Shown: positions 24,567 through 35,729 of the stretch, piece after piece
Numbering within the stretch: position 1 is the stretch's first letter
How the letters are laid out: the number at the start of each line of letters is the position of its first letter
Assembly: GCA_002269645.1 (NCBI GenBank)
Contig: NIVC01000729.1
Location: forward strand, 1 to 64,000
Direction: 5' to 3'
DNA length: 64,000 bases
DNA from: Macrostomum lignano
Taxonomy: Eukaryota
Notes under the pieces: generated by a model
Seen by the model: the letters and a program-made list of their open reading frames with translations, nothing else
Told to the model about the DNA's origin: nothing
The model's database searches: none
Position numbers and translations under genes: made by a program

Positions 24567-25859
24567 CGAGGGGCACTATTAAAGTTCTGAGCCTGACCAA
24601 GATCTTATAGTGGCAAAGTGTTGAAACTTTAGGCTCTAAAAGCGCCACATGTTAATAGCCTATTGTCAACTTTTCAGAATTTTCTGCATTCCCTAAGTCC
24701 CACTGCACCATTTTATTTCCAGCACCCCATGGCATTTTCTCAAGAATTGAAGCTTGAGCACAGGGCAGTGATTAAATTTCTGACTCTGGAGGGCTCAAAG
24801 CCTGCTGAAATTCAAAGCCGCATGGCTAGTGTGTACGCTGACGCTGCCCCCTCATACGCCACCATAAAGCGCTGGGCAGCCGAGTTCAAGCGTGGCCGCG
24901 ACTCGCTCGAAGATGACCCCCGATGTGGACGACCCCGGACTGCTGTCACTGCCGACAACATCCAGCGCATCCAGGCTCTGGTTGACAGTGACCAGCGGGT
25001 GAAAGTCAGGGAACTTGCGGCAGACACTGGACTCTCTGACCCGCAAGTCATTGAGATCCTGCACCAGCATCTTTATCTGTCCAAGGTTTCTGCCAGATGG
25101 ATCCCACGAATCTTGACAAGAGACCAAAAGACCGCACGGGTGCAGTACTCAAAGCTTGTCCTGGACTCCTACGATCCGGACCCTGCCAACTTTCTGTCCT
25201 GCTGCGTGACCGGGGATGAGACGTGGATCCATCACCACGATCCCGAGTCCAAGCAGGAGTCCAAGCAGTGGCTGCCAGTTGGTTCACCTGCACCACTGAA
25301 GGCACGGACTGCATGCAGTGCGGGCAAGATTATGCTCACCGTCTTCTGGGATGCCAAGGGCCCGCTGCTGCTGGACTTTCTACCGCACAAGCAGACAGTC
25401 ACAGGCGCCTACTACGCTGACCTGATCGCCCGTCTGCGCGAGGCAATCAAGGAAAATAGGCGAGGGATGCTGAGCCGAGGTGTTGTGCTGCTGCACGACA
25501 ATGCACCGGCCCACACTAGCAGGATTGCCAAGGCTGCTGTCAGTGTCGCAGGGTTTCGAGAGCTGCCGCACCCAGCCTATTCACCAGACCTGGCCCCGAG
25601 CGACTTCCACCTGTTTCCACATCTCAAGCGGGCGCTCCGTGGACAGCGATTTGACACTGATGATGCGCTGAAGGATGCTGCAACTGCTTGGTTTGAGGGC
25701 TGCTCGGTGCAATTCTTCCAGAGTGGCATTGAGGCGCTGCGATCAAGATGCCATAAGTGCATCTTGGTTGGGGGAGACTATGTTGAGAAAAGCTTATCTC
25801 ACTTTGCCCATATCTCCTCTCTTTCATATTAAGGCTCAGAACTTTAATAGTGCCCCTCG
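24567..25859 (+). mobile_element. Mariner transposon, full length (1293 bp)
   Basis: Perfect 28-bp TIRs CGAGGGGCACTATTAAAGTTCTGAGCCT; TA TSD (24565-66, 25860-61). Confidence 0.97.
24729..25832 (+). CDS. Mariner DD34D transposase, intact (367 aa)
   Basis: HTH region, WIPRIL, VTGDETW, HDNAPAH, YSPDLAPSDFHLF with exactly 34 residues between the 2nd and 3rd Asp; no stops or frameshifts. Confidence 0.95.
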   Translation: MAFSQELKLEHRAVIKFLTLEGSKPAEIQSRMASVYADAAPSYATIKRWAAEFKRGRDSLEDDPRCGRPRTAVTADNIQRIQALVDSDQRVKVRELAADTGLSDPQVIEILHQHLYLSKVSARWIPRILTRDQKTARVQYSKLVLDSYDPDPANFLSCCVTGDETWIHHHDPESKQESKQWLPVGSPAPLKARTACSAGKIMLTVFWDAKGPLLLDFLPHKQTVTGAYYADLIARLREAIKENRRGMLSRGVVLLHDNAPAHTSRIAKAAVSVAGFRELPHPAYSPDLAPSDFHLFPHLKRALRGQRFDTDDALKDAATAWFEGCSVQFFQSGIEALRSRCHKCILVGGDYVEKSLSHFAHISSLSY

Positions 25860-27007
25860 TAAATGGGTGCATTCTGATCCAAAGGCGATTGAGATGACTA
25901 ATGACCTGGCAATGGTCATTGCTCTTGACCAGGAGCCCTATGCAATGGTTGAACACTATGGCTTTGGTAGCTTTTTAGAGAAACGCTTCCAAAGGTACCA
26001 AATCCCAACTGCTGACCACATGCCCATGTTGCCATTCCACAACTGTACCAATCTGTGGCTGAACCAGTACGTCAGATTTTATTTGCCAGTAAAACTGTAG
26101 CAATTGCAACAGATGGTTAGACTGCTGAAAACGCTGCCTTTGAAATTTTGGGCCTTATTGTTTTCACTATCCAAGACGATGGCAAGCTTAACCATGTTGT
26201 ACTCTGCTGCCTAGAGATCCGTGGCTTTGCAAATGCTGAGAACATAAAGATTGTGATTAAGCAGGTAAATTAAAAATTTTTGCAATAATTTTTTCTTTTT
26301 TACAGTTTACAATATACAGTATTGATTTTCTTGTTTTAATACTAAATAAGTAATAACATTTTATTGACTTTATTTATAATTTATGTTACTTTTTTTCTTT
26401 TCTTTCTTACCTTTTAATGCTAATAGGCACTGGAAGACTGGCAACTTACTGACCGGGTAGTTGCCTTTGTCACAGACAATGCCCCAGTGATGCAGAAGGC
26501 AGTTAGGTTGCTTGAGTACCCACATCATGGGTGTGTAGTTCATCGTCTACAGAATGCTGTGCGCAAGAACATTCCATCAACTCCTTCCGATGGAGAGCCA
26601 GTGCAACGAATTGTCAATGATGTGGTAGCCTATTGCAAGCAAATTGCTGGCCATCTTAACAGGATTAGCAAGGCTGCTAATGATTCTTAGAACAAGTCAG
26701 CGTGTATTGTAGGAAAAAAAGAATTTTCAAAATTGCTTTAGTAGAAGCTGAGTAAAATGCAATTTTCCAATCCTCATAGGAATTCCAATGTGTTACCTGG
26801 CTTCCAAATCAGATGCTTACAGCTTACTGTATGCTCATTAAGCGACAAAGAACAATGAAATTACACTAAGACATGTATCATCGCAGCGTGTATGCAGGAA
26901 AAAAGAATTTTCCAAATTGCTTTAGTAGAAGCTGAGTAAAATGCAATTTTCCAATCCTTATGGGAATTTGTATGTTTAAATAATAAACTTATGTTGAATA
27001 CAATTTA

Positions 27008-27599
27008 GGCAGTGCTTATCCCCACGGTACCATAGGAATAATTTCTGTCTTACTCCAACGGTACCGTGGGGATAATTTTCTGCTTATCCGCATGGCACAC
27101 TGACGAGATAGCTGCCTATCTTCTACATATGCCGTGGGTTCATAATTTAGTTTAGTACTTACGGCTTGAGTGCAATATAACAACATAACTTTGCTTGGCT
27201 ATTATTTTGATAGAAGTAAAGATTTAATGGCCTTTTTACGCAAAAAAACACTTTTTTGTATTTATGACATATGATTTAAGATGAATTGCTCTAGTAATTG
27301 TTTACAATTTAAGAACTTTTAGCAACTAGTCTAATCCCGACATCCCCGAAAAGTCCATTGCCGCTGCTTCTGTAGACTTCTTACTAGACATGTAAATTCT
27401 CAATTTGTTTGTATAGATTATTGCATTGCTTCAACAATTCACCCGTGCGGATAAGCAGAAAATTATTCCCACGGCATATGTAGAAGATAGGACAGCTATC
27501 TCGTCAATGTGCCGTGCGGATAAGCAGAAAATTATCCCTACGGTACCGTTGGAATAAGACAGAAATTATTCCTACGGTACCGTGGGGATAAGCACTGCC
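27008..27599. mobile_element. MITE, 592 bp, 9-bp TSD (MULE or Merlin type)
   Basis: ~130-bp TIRs starting GGCAGTGCTTATCCC; TSD TACAATTTA (26999-27007, 27600-27608). Confidence 0.88.
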
Positions 27600-28885
27600 T
27601 ACAATTTATTGCAAACAAACTCTACAAAATACATGTTGTCAAGAGTAACGTAAGTGATAAACAAATAAACCCTTGAAAATAATATTAACTATGTTGTAGA
27701 ATTATAGAGTGTAACATTATAAGATAGTTAAAGTTAATAAAATATATTACTATAGCTTTTCTATCATTTTCATTAGACTCATTTTAGGTGAATTAGGTCG
27801 TAATTAAACTTATTGTTTTAACAAATCATTTTATTAAAAATAAAGCTATAGAAAATAGTTTGTGCTTTATTAGACTTTTTTACCTTTTAAAAACTTGAAT
27901 AAATTTATTTTATAGCTTTATTGCTTTCAAATTGCCAAAAAACGAATTTTCATAAAACTTGCCCTCGATTTTTGGATTTCACCTTAGATAAAGATATTAT
28001 ATTTACAAAAAAAATAAATGAATATTAATGCATGAACAAACAACAAGTAGGTTTTATTGTTATCCTTTTATCTTTTTTATCTGTCCTTTTCTGTCTGCCC
28101 CACTTTTCATGCAAAAATATCAATTTTTGTTATACATTACAGCTACAGTTACGGCAAATTACGGTTATGGACTTTTTAAGCCCGTAATGACAGCAAAATT
28201 CAGCTATGGAAGTTGCTTCTTTCTTACGGCTACGGTTATGGTTAGTTACGGAGGTCAAAACTCATGGCGGCAGAATACTAATGTATTGAATTTTGGAATA
28301 ATAAAATTAAAATCAAGTTTTGATCTATCATTATCATTAAAAGAAACATAGATAGAAATACAAACCAAGTTAGACATTAGCACTGAAAACAATTTTTTTA
28401 CATAAAGTTAAGACATAATGATACTATAAAAAAAGCCAGAACTGTTTATTAGGCCTATGCCTACAATAAACTAAACTTGAAAAATGAAGAACCTACTTTA
28501 CTTTTATTGTTCAAGCTATAACTACAGTCTACATTACATTTAAAAATTAAATTAAATTAAAAATACACTTTTAACATGTTGTCAAAAGTGGTAGCAAAAA
28601 AACACAAGTGAAAGTTGGTTGATTCTTACCTTGTAGTGCTGAAATAAATGAAGCTACCTCACAACAAGAGTGGGATGGCTAGAATAAGTAGCTCGTATGT
28701 AGCTTGTAAGTTTGTCACTTATAATCGTCCGTTATGTGTTTTGTGGTAGTGGGGGCTGGGGGTATTGAGGTGGGGGTGGAGAAAGTTTTGGTGGATGGAT
28801 AATTGACGCATTTGTTTCCCCATTGATATTCGCATTGATATTCGAATTTTAACAAAAGCAAAATACTAAAAGCAACCCGTAGCAT

Positions 28886-29764
28886 GAAACTTTACACAGA
28901 GTAAACTGCAACCGTGAAACGACTATTGGTCAAGTTTCAGCTCGATATGTAACTTTGGCTCTGAGCAGGAGCGATTTTCGATGTGTTCCATTTAAAATAC
29001 ATGTGATTCCAAAATTCATATTGATATTCGAGTACAGGTACTTCTGCTTCACTGATCTTGACGAAACTTTACACAGAGTAAACTGCAACCGTGAAACGAG
29101 TATTGGTTAAGTTTCAGCTCGATATGTAACTTTGGCTCTGAGCAGGAGCGATTTTCGATGTGTTCCATTTAAAATACATGTGATTCCAAAATTCATATTG
29201 ATATTCGAGTACAGGTACTTCTGCTTCACTGATCTTGACGAAACTTTACACAGAGTAAACTGCAACCGTGAAACGACTATTGGTCAAGTTTCAGCTCGAT
29301 ATGTAACTTTGGCTCTGAGCAGGAGCGATTTTCGATGTGTTCCATTTAAAATACATGTGATTCCAAAATTCATATTGATATTCGAGTACAGGTACTTCTG
29401 CTTCACTGATCTTGACGAAACTTTACACAGAGTAAACTGCAACCGTGAAACGACTATTGGTCAAGTTTCAGCTCGATATGTAACTTTGGCTCTGAGCGGG
29501 AGCGATTTTCGATGTGTTCCATTAATACATGTGATTCCAAAATTCATATTAATATTCGAGTACAGGTACTTCTGCTTCACTGATCTTGACGAAACTTTAC
29601 ACAGAGTAAACTGCAACCGTGAAACGACTATTGGTCAAGTTTCAGCTCGATATGTAACTTTGGCTCTGAGCAGGAGCGATTTTCGATGTGTTCCATTTAA
29701 AATACATGTGATTCCAAAATTCATATTGATATTCGAGTACAGGTACTTCTGATTCACTGATCTT
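28886..29764. repeat. 177-bp tandem array x5, derived from the inner left TIR
   Basis: Unit starts (GAAAC) at 28886, 29063, 29240, 29417, 29591; one unit is 174 bp. Confidence 0.95.
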
Positions 29765-30102
29765 CCCGTACAACAATCCGACGTCGCACCGACCTCTGAA
29801 CCGACGTCGTACGACGTCTATGTAACATTACGTGTTTCCTATTGGTCGGACGTCGGGCCGACGTCGAAGTCGTAGTCCAAAAATTTATTTCGCGCTTCTT
29901 TAACATTTATTTTCGCGGGATGAACTGGCAAGCAATACTGTTATGCTTAATTTAATTATTTAAGGCGAATAACGTGAATTAAGGCGAATTTAATTTTTCG
30001 ACTACGACTTCGACGTCAGCCCGACGTCCGACCAATAGGAAACACGTAATGTTACATAGACGTCGTACGACGTCGGTCAGATACGTCGGATTGTTGTACG
30101 GG
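29765..30102. mobile_element. CACTA-type MITE, 338 bp, 3-bp TSD
   Basis: Long TIRs CCCGTACAACAATCCGACGT..; CTT duplicated relative to the uninterrupted neighbouring repeat units (CTGATCTTGACG). Confidence 0.88.
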
Positions 30103-30114
30103 CTTGACGAAACT

Positions 30115-30900
30115 GGGAATGGAGACGATGTGCGCCGTGGTCCATTCGTTTGGCGCCACCTCACCGGAAAGCACGCGGTTCATCACTCTGGCGACCTCAG
30201 TGGCCACGCAGTGGATCCGCAGCGCCTCGGTGGGCTCGTCCGGACCAAGCGCTTTGCCGCCCGGCGACTGCCGAGCGAACTTCACAACGTCGGCTGTGCT
30301 GACTGGGGCAACGTTGAAGCTCTCCTCCGCCGGCAACGGCGTCTCCGGCGGCAGCCTCAGATTTTCTGGAAGCGGAGGGGGCAGCGCGTTGACAATGGCG
30401 GCGAAGAACTCGCGCAGCTCGTTCCTGCGCTCATCCGGAATGTCGCCTGCCAGGTTGAGCGCGATGCGCCGCTTTCGCCCCGTCAGAGTGTTGATGACGG
30501 ACCAGGCCACGCGCCCTCTGGGTCCCGAAGCCGAAGGTCGCAGATGAGCAGCCGATGGTCGGACCGCAGAGCCAGCGGCGTAATGGTGCGGCAGTTGGTG
30601 ACGCGGCGGCGCACACGAAAGCGCACAAGCACGTGGTCGAGCTGTGCCAGCCTCCGCGTAGCGTTCCGGCCGCGCGCGTTCCGCCGCCTCCGCTTGCAGC
30701 CCAGGAAGGTCGCGAGACTGCCCGGTGACTTGCGGAATCTGGTGTTGGCCGACACCATGTCCTGTCTCTCCAGGAAGTCCTCTAGCGCTCCGGTGTTGCC
30801 GTTCTCGAGCGCTGTCACAAACAGCGATCGCTCGGACCTACGCAGAACTGCGTTCAGGTCTCCGAGAATGACCACTGTGTCACGTTGCGCCATCTCCTCC
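30115..30900 (-). pseudogene. Non-LTR retrotransposon (APE-RT LINE) fragment, internally deleted
   Basis: Endonuclease motifs VILGDLNA, LDHVL, SDHRLL fused to the RT N-terminal region WSVINTLTG..GKALGPD..NEWTTAHIVSIP; no tail and no TSD. Confidence 0.88.
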
Positions 30901-32270
30901 ACCTGTACTCGAATATCAATATGAATTTTGGAATCACATGTATTTTAAATGGAACACATCGAAAATCGCTCCTGCTCAGAGCCAAAGTTACATATCGAGC
31001 TGAAACTTGACCAATAGTCGTTTCACGGTTGCAGTTTACTCTGTGTAAAGTTTCATGCTACGGGTTGCTTTTAGTATTTTGCTTTTGTTAAAATTCGAAT
31101 ATCAATGCGAATATCAATGGGGAAACAAATGCGTGGATAATTGATTGCTGTGAGGTGGGGCGGATTCCACGTTTGAATTCCCGCTGGCGTTGCGTTCGCA
31201 CGAATAAATCCGGAGAGTCGCGCAGACGAATCACAACAAAGTTATTTCTCCTGTTTTACTCCGACTGCCGGGGTCCTCAAATTCCGGGGGGAGGGTAGTT
31301 GCGGTCGTAGGCGAGCGGTCTCAGCGGCACGGTCGTTCAGATAGTAGATACCGAAGATTCTGACACCGTAAATTTAATGTGTCGATTTGTTGAGCTGATT
31401 AAAATCAGTAGGGTAGAGCTGCCACCACCGTAATTTACGTATTATGGAACGAATAAGTCTCAGAGCTCTCTTTGAGTTGAGAACTTTGATTGTTTTACGC
31501 CCCGTGGGCAAATGACTCAAGATAGGCTATACGGCTTGATTGATCAACGAATAAATATGGTGTAATTTACTAGATATTTGGTTATTATTAAAACAGCAGG
31601 CTTGAAATAAATTGAAAGTCATTAAGATTACTATTGCTTTAATAAATTCACGACTGAGAAGATTTCACGGGCTCCGAGGCGCAAAAATCAACTAAATGAA
31701 ATAGGCAAGTTACGTTAAGTTAGCTAGTGTTGGTCGCACGAAGAAGGCGAGTGCGGGAGAACACGTACGTAGAAAAGTTCGAGAGAGAGTGAGCGAGCGT
31801 TTATGGAGACACTAGCAATGACGAGCTGTTTAAATATTAGTGAAAAATGGCAAAACATCGGTTGGATCAACGGTTGGGCATATGCTTCGGGACAAAAATT
31901 ACAGCGCGTGGTCGAGGCACGGACGGCCTAAAAACTGAAGGAAACAGAAAAATTTTAACAAAAATGTCCGTTGGGAGGAGGATAAATTTCCAGAAAAAAG
32001 GATGCAAAACCTCCACGGTCCTCGGCGGGATCAAACGGAGGAAACAAATCAAATAGTGGACAAAAAATAAAGAAAATTTTCCGCATGCATTTCAAAGTTA
32101 TTAAATTTGTTATCAAAGTCAAAGTGGCATCCCACCTGCCATCAGTATCACCCTTTTGATGACCGCGTCTAGTCGGTAACACAGCAGCTAAAATTATGCC
32201 GTTTAAAGGGTTTAAAATTATGCCGCCGGGAGCACGGCGAGCTGCGCTGCCGCCCGTCAGACCGTCTAGT

Positions 32271-32690
32271 ATATTGAGGTGGGGACGGAGAAAAGAAAAA
32301 GGTTCACTTTCTTTGATGGGCAGTTTTGATCACTTTTGAATTTCCGCCGGCGTTGCGTTCGCACGATTAATCCAGAAGTTTCGCGCAGACGAATCACAAC
32401 GAAATTTTCTCCTGTTTTACTCCGACTGCCGGGGTCTTAAGTCCGGGGGGAGGGTAGGCGTGATCGTAGCTGAACGGTCGTTTAAATGGTAGACACTGAG
32501 ATTTTTGGTACCGTAAATTAATGCGTTGATTTGTTGAGTTGATTTCTATCAGTAGGGTGGGTAGAGCTGCCACCACCGTAATTTTTGCATTACGAAACGA
32601 ATTAGTCTCAGAGCTTTCTTTGAGATGAGAACTGGATTGCTTTACGTCCCGTGGGCAAAGAACTCAAGATAGGCTATGGGCTTAACTAAT
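32271..32690 (+). repeat. Repeat family X, copy 3 (tandem to copy 2)
   Basis: Homologous to 31150-31545 and to the reverse complement of 500-925; weaker similarity may extend to ~33000. Confidence 0.75.
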
Positions 32691-33324
32691 TAAATAAATT
32701 GAAATAAATATGGTTGACGTTTATTATTATTGATCGCTAGATATTACATTGCAAGTTAGTTAAGCAGGCGGATAAATATTATTGGCGACGAACGAATTGA
32801 ATGCGAGCAGAGCCGCGGTGCGCTAAGGTTAGCTAGGATGGAAGTTAGAGGCGGCACCAAAAGTAACACTAACGGAACTAATTAATAGAACGAATGTACT
32901 ATAACTAAACGCAGGAGGTAAAAGTGAACGAAGCAGAAGGAGAACCAAGGAAAAAGGGGAAGGGGAGGGACAAAACGGCAACAGCGCTTGAAGCAATTAA
33001 TGCTTTAAATATTGAAATAAACTCAAATTATCAACAGACGGGGCCAGGCTGGGACGGGTGATTGGACAGAGGGCTGGACAAGGGCATGGACAAAGAGTTG
33101 GGCAAAAAAACAACTTGACTCGTAATAGTTGCGAAATTAGTAAAATCAACAGTGGGAAGACAACAGTTCATCAGTGGGTAAAAAAGCAAGAACAAAACTG
33201 GGACGAATAAGCTCAACGGACGGGTTAATGGCGTTATGATCAAAATGGTTGCAAATTTGTAAAAACTTTCCGGGGTTGGCGTACTTGATAATTTCGTAGA
33301 ACGTATTAATTGTCAGTAAAATAT

Positions 33325-34613
33325 TGTTGTGACCCGGGTCGGCTTGGGTGCCCAGTCCCGAGTACAATATATATTATATGTGATATAACAGGCGTTGTGA
33401 CGCTCTGTCTGTACTTTTATGAATACGACGAGCAGGCGTGGCGACGCTCTGCGATAATAATTCGATCCCTCTGGTGTTGTGACACTCAGAGTTCACGCTG
33501 CGGCTCGAGGTGTGGTGACACTCTCGAGTGCTTCTATTCTCTATACCGTAGGGCGTACGCAATATATATGGTAAACGGTACCGTACTACAGAAGCTATAT
33601 GGTCTCCCGGCGTTATGACGCTCTGGCAAGAATTCGGCCTAGCAAGCTTCCCGAAAAGAAAGGACTCAAACAGCAGGCGGCTTACCAGTGGCCAGATGAC
33701 TGTTCACCGTTTATTATTCGCAGGTCTCAAGCGCAGTTTCCGACTTCTTCTTAATTCTCCAAGACTCTTCTCGATTAGGCTATTGTGTTTCTTTTATCCA
33801 AGTAGCTAATGTTGCTGTTTCTTTTATCGAAGTAGCTAATGTTGCTGTTTCTTTTATCCAAGTAGCTAATGTTGCTGTTTCTTTTATCGAAGTAGCTAAT
33901 GTTGCTGTTTCTTTTATCGAAGTAGCTAATGTTGCTGTTTCTTTTATCGAAGTAGCTAATGTTGCTGTTTCTTTTATCCAAGTAGCTAATGTTGCTGTTT
34001 CTTTTATCGAAGTAGCTAATGTTGCTGTTTCTTTTATCCAAGTAGCTAATGTTGCTGTTTCTTTTATCGAAGTAGCTAATGTTGCTGTTTCTTTTATCGA
34101 AGTAGCTAATGTTGCTGTTTCTTTTATCGAAGTAGCTAATGTTGCTGTTTCTTTTATCGAAGTAGCTAATGTTGCTGTTTCTTTTATCGAAGTAGCTAAT
34201 GTTGCTGTTTCTTTTATCCAAGTAGCTAATGTTGCTGTTTCTTTTATCAGGTCTCGCGCTTGCACTCTCGGAGCACACCAAAACACAAAAAGCACGCAGG
34301 AGGTGGGCAAGAGCCAGAGTCGCACCATAAATAGCACCCAAACCCTGGGGCAGACGGCCCCACCGGCTAAGCTCACCAAAACAAACCACGCCGGCCCAGC
34401 CAATCAAAACCCCGCCTAAGGGGGGAGGGGCTGCACCCGCGCCAAAGCTGGCCCGGCCGCAGCCAACCAGCCCTGAGCACGGGGCAGGGCACGGCTGGGG
34501 AGGGGCACGCGCAAAGCCCGGCCGGCGGCCAAACCCTGCCACGCCCGCCAACCCCCCCAACCAGCCCCAAAGTGCAACGCGCCCTGCCAACTGACAAGGG
34601 CGCATGCACTACA
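33325..34613 (-). mobile_element. Solo LTR (1289 bp) containing a 30-bp tandem array
   Basis: Minus-strand termini TGTAGTG...CACAACA; ATAT TSD (33321-24, 34614-17); minus-strand GC/CCAAT-rich segment, then TATTTAT at ~34330. Confidence 0.65.
33785..34249. repeat. 30-bp minisatellite x~15
   Basis: GTTTCTTTTATC(C/G)AAGTAGCTAATGTTGCT units. Confidence 0.97.
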
Positions 34614-34818
34614 ATATTGTCAACAGAAAGTAATAAAAAAACAGTGGCAACCCGCCTGCCACAATATAATCTGTATGCCGCGCAATGTGGCAATATATTA
34701 AAACGAAATTATTCATGATTATTAATTTAACCAGCAGACCTTTATCGCTTTTAATAGCCTACATTACATCTATCTATAATATGAATAGCAATAATCGACG
34801 AGTCAACCATATTTAAGC

Positions 34819-35517
34819 CAAGTACGACTTAAGTAGAAGGACGGGAAACCTCGTTTCTTAGAAAAGTTTTGAAGGCACTTTTTCCCGAAAAAATACACTA
34901 CGGAGATAGGAAGTTTTCATTTTTTCAGCACAAAAATTATTATTGCGTTTGATAGGAGGCAGATCCAGTGTTGATCTTTTGATATGTTGTGCCTTTTTTA
35001 TTGCTCTATCGATATTTATAAAGCTTTTCGTTCAGAAAATCAGGATTCTATGTTAATTTTTTATTCTACGTATTTTTCCTGTATCTAAAAATCACAAAAA
35101 TGCATGACACAGCTCCAATATTAGGTTTTATGAACCTATTTTATCATCTCTGTTACAAATATTTGCTACACAGTCGGGTAAGAATGACAAAATAGACTCA
35201 TAAAACCAAAGAGCCGAGCCGTGGCATTCTAATGTATTTCAAGCACAAGACACGCGAAAATATACGTAGAATAAAAAATTAACATAGAATCCTGATTTTC
35301 TGAACGAAAAGCTTTATCAATATCGATAGAGCAATAAAAAAGGCACAACATATCAAAAGACGAACGCTGGATCTGCCTCATATCAAACGCAATAACAATT
35401 TTTGTGCTGAAAAAATGAAAACTTCCTATCTCCGTAGTGTATTTTTTTCGGGAAAAAGTGCCTTCAAAACTTTTCTAAGAAACGAGGTTTCCCGTCCTTC
35501 TACTTAAGTCGTCCTTG
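34819..35517. mobile_element. MITE, 699 bp, 8-bp TSD (P or hAT type)
   Basis: ~260-bp TIRs starting CAAG(T/G)ACGACTTAAG; TSD ATTTAAGC (34811-18, 35518-25). Confidence 0.88.
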
Positions 35518-35729
35518 ATTTAAGCCCTATTGCTTATTCATTGTTATATTGTAGTATATTTAATTGTGATGAAAGTTGCTTGGATCTAAGGAATTCTAAA
35601 CCTAGCAAGTCTGGAATAGACTCTCACAGAGAGGGAGGAAAAACCGATACCAAATAGGGCCGCCCAAAAAGGCTCCTCCCTTGCTTCCCAAATCCCTACC
35701 GTCTTTCCTGAGCCTGCTTGCCTAGGCCG

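Larger units (their letters stand above)
22876..26690 (+). pseudogene. hAT (ZBED/Ac-like) transposase remnant with BED finger
   Basis: LWSFF..SECTLC..AS|NGGMWSHLKTRH (BED finger split by the LTR); VNS|KWVHSDP..IALDQEPYAMVE (split by the mariner); IATDG*T; intron 26265-26426; FVTDNA..HGCVVHRLQ (CxxH). Stops and a frameshift are present; the third catalytic E and dimerisation domain are absent. Confidence 0.88.
10440..28280 (+). mobile_element. hAT DNA transposon expanded to 17.8 kb by nested insertions
   Basis: TIRs TAGTGTTCTGCCG (10440-10452) and CGGCAGAATACTA (28268-28280), 12/13 match. 8-bp TSD ATGTATTG (10432-10439, 28281-28288). Subterminal TACGG(C/T)TACGG repeats at both ends; hAT transposase remnant inside. 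Confidence 0.9.
28806..31134. mobile_element. Foldback/MULE-like non-autonomous element (2329 bp)
   Basis: 234-bp near-perfect TIRs (28806-29039, 30901-31134) starting ACGCATTTGTTTCCCC; 9-bp TSD GGATAATTG (28797-28805, 31135-31143). Confidence 0.9.
28760..32270 (+). repeat. Repeat family X, copy 2 (interrupted by the foldback element)
   Basis: Starts TATTGAGGTGGGGG at ~28763, resumes after 31143, and ends in a GC hairpin plus CTAGT (32266-70) directly before copy 3. Confidence 0.55.

Noticed and set aside
28886-29764. Regularly spaced repeats resembling a CRISPR array, and the 206-aa ORF at 29132
   Set aside because: Units are identical along their whole length (no unique spacers), there are no cas genes, and the context is eukaryotic; the ORF exists because 177 is a multiple of 3.
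34811-35525. Kolobok/piggyBac assignment of the MITE from flanking TTAA
   Set aside because: TTAA is part of a longer exact 8-bp duplication (ATTTAAGC), and the TIR match begins at CAAG.
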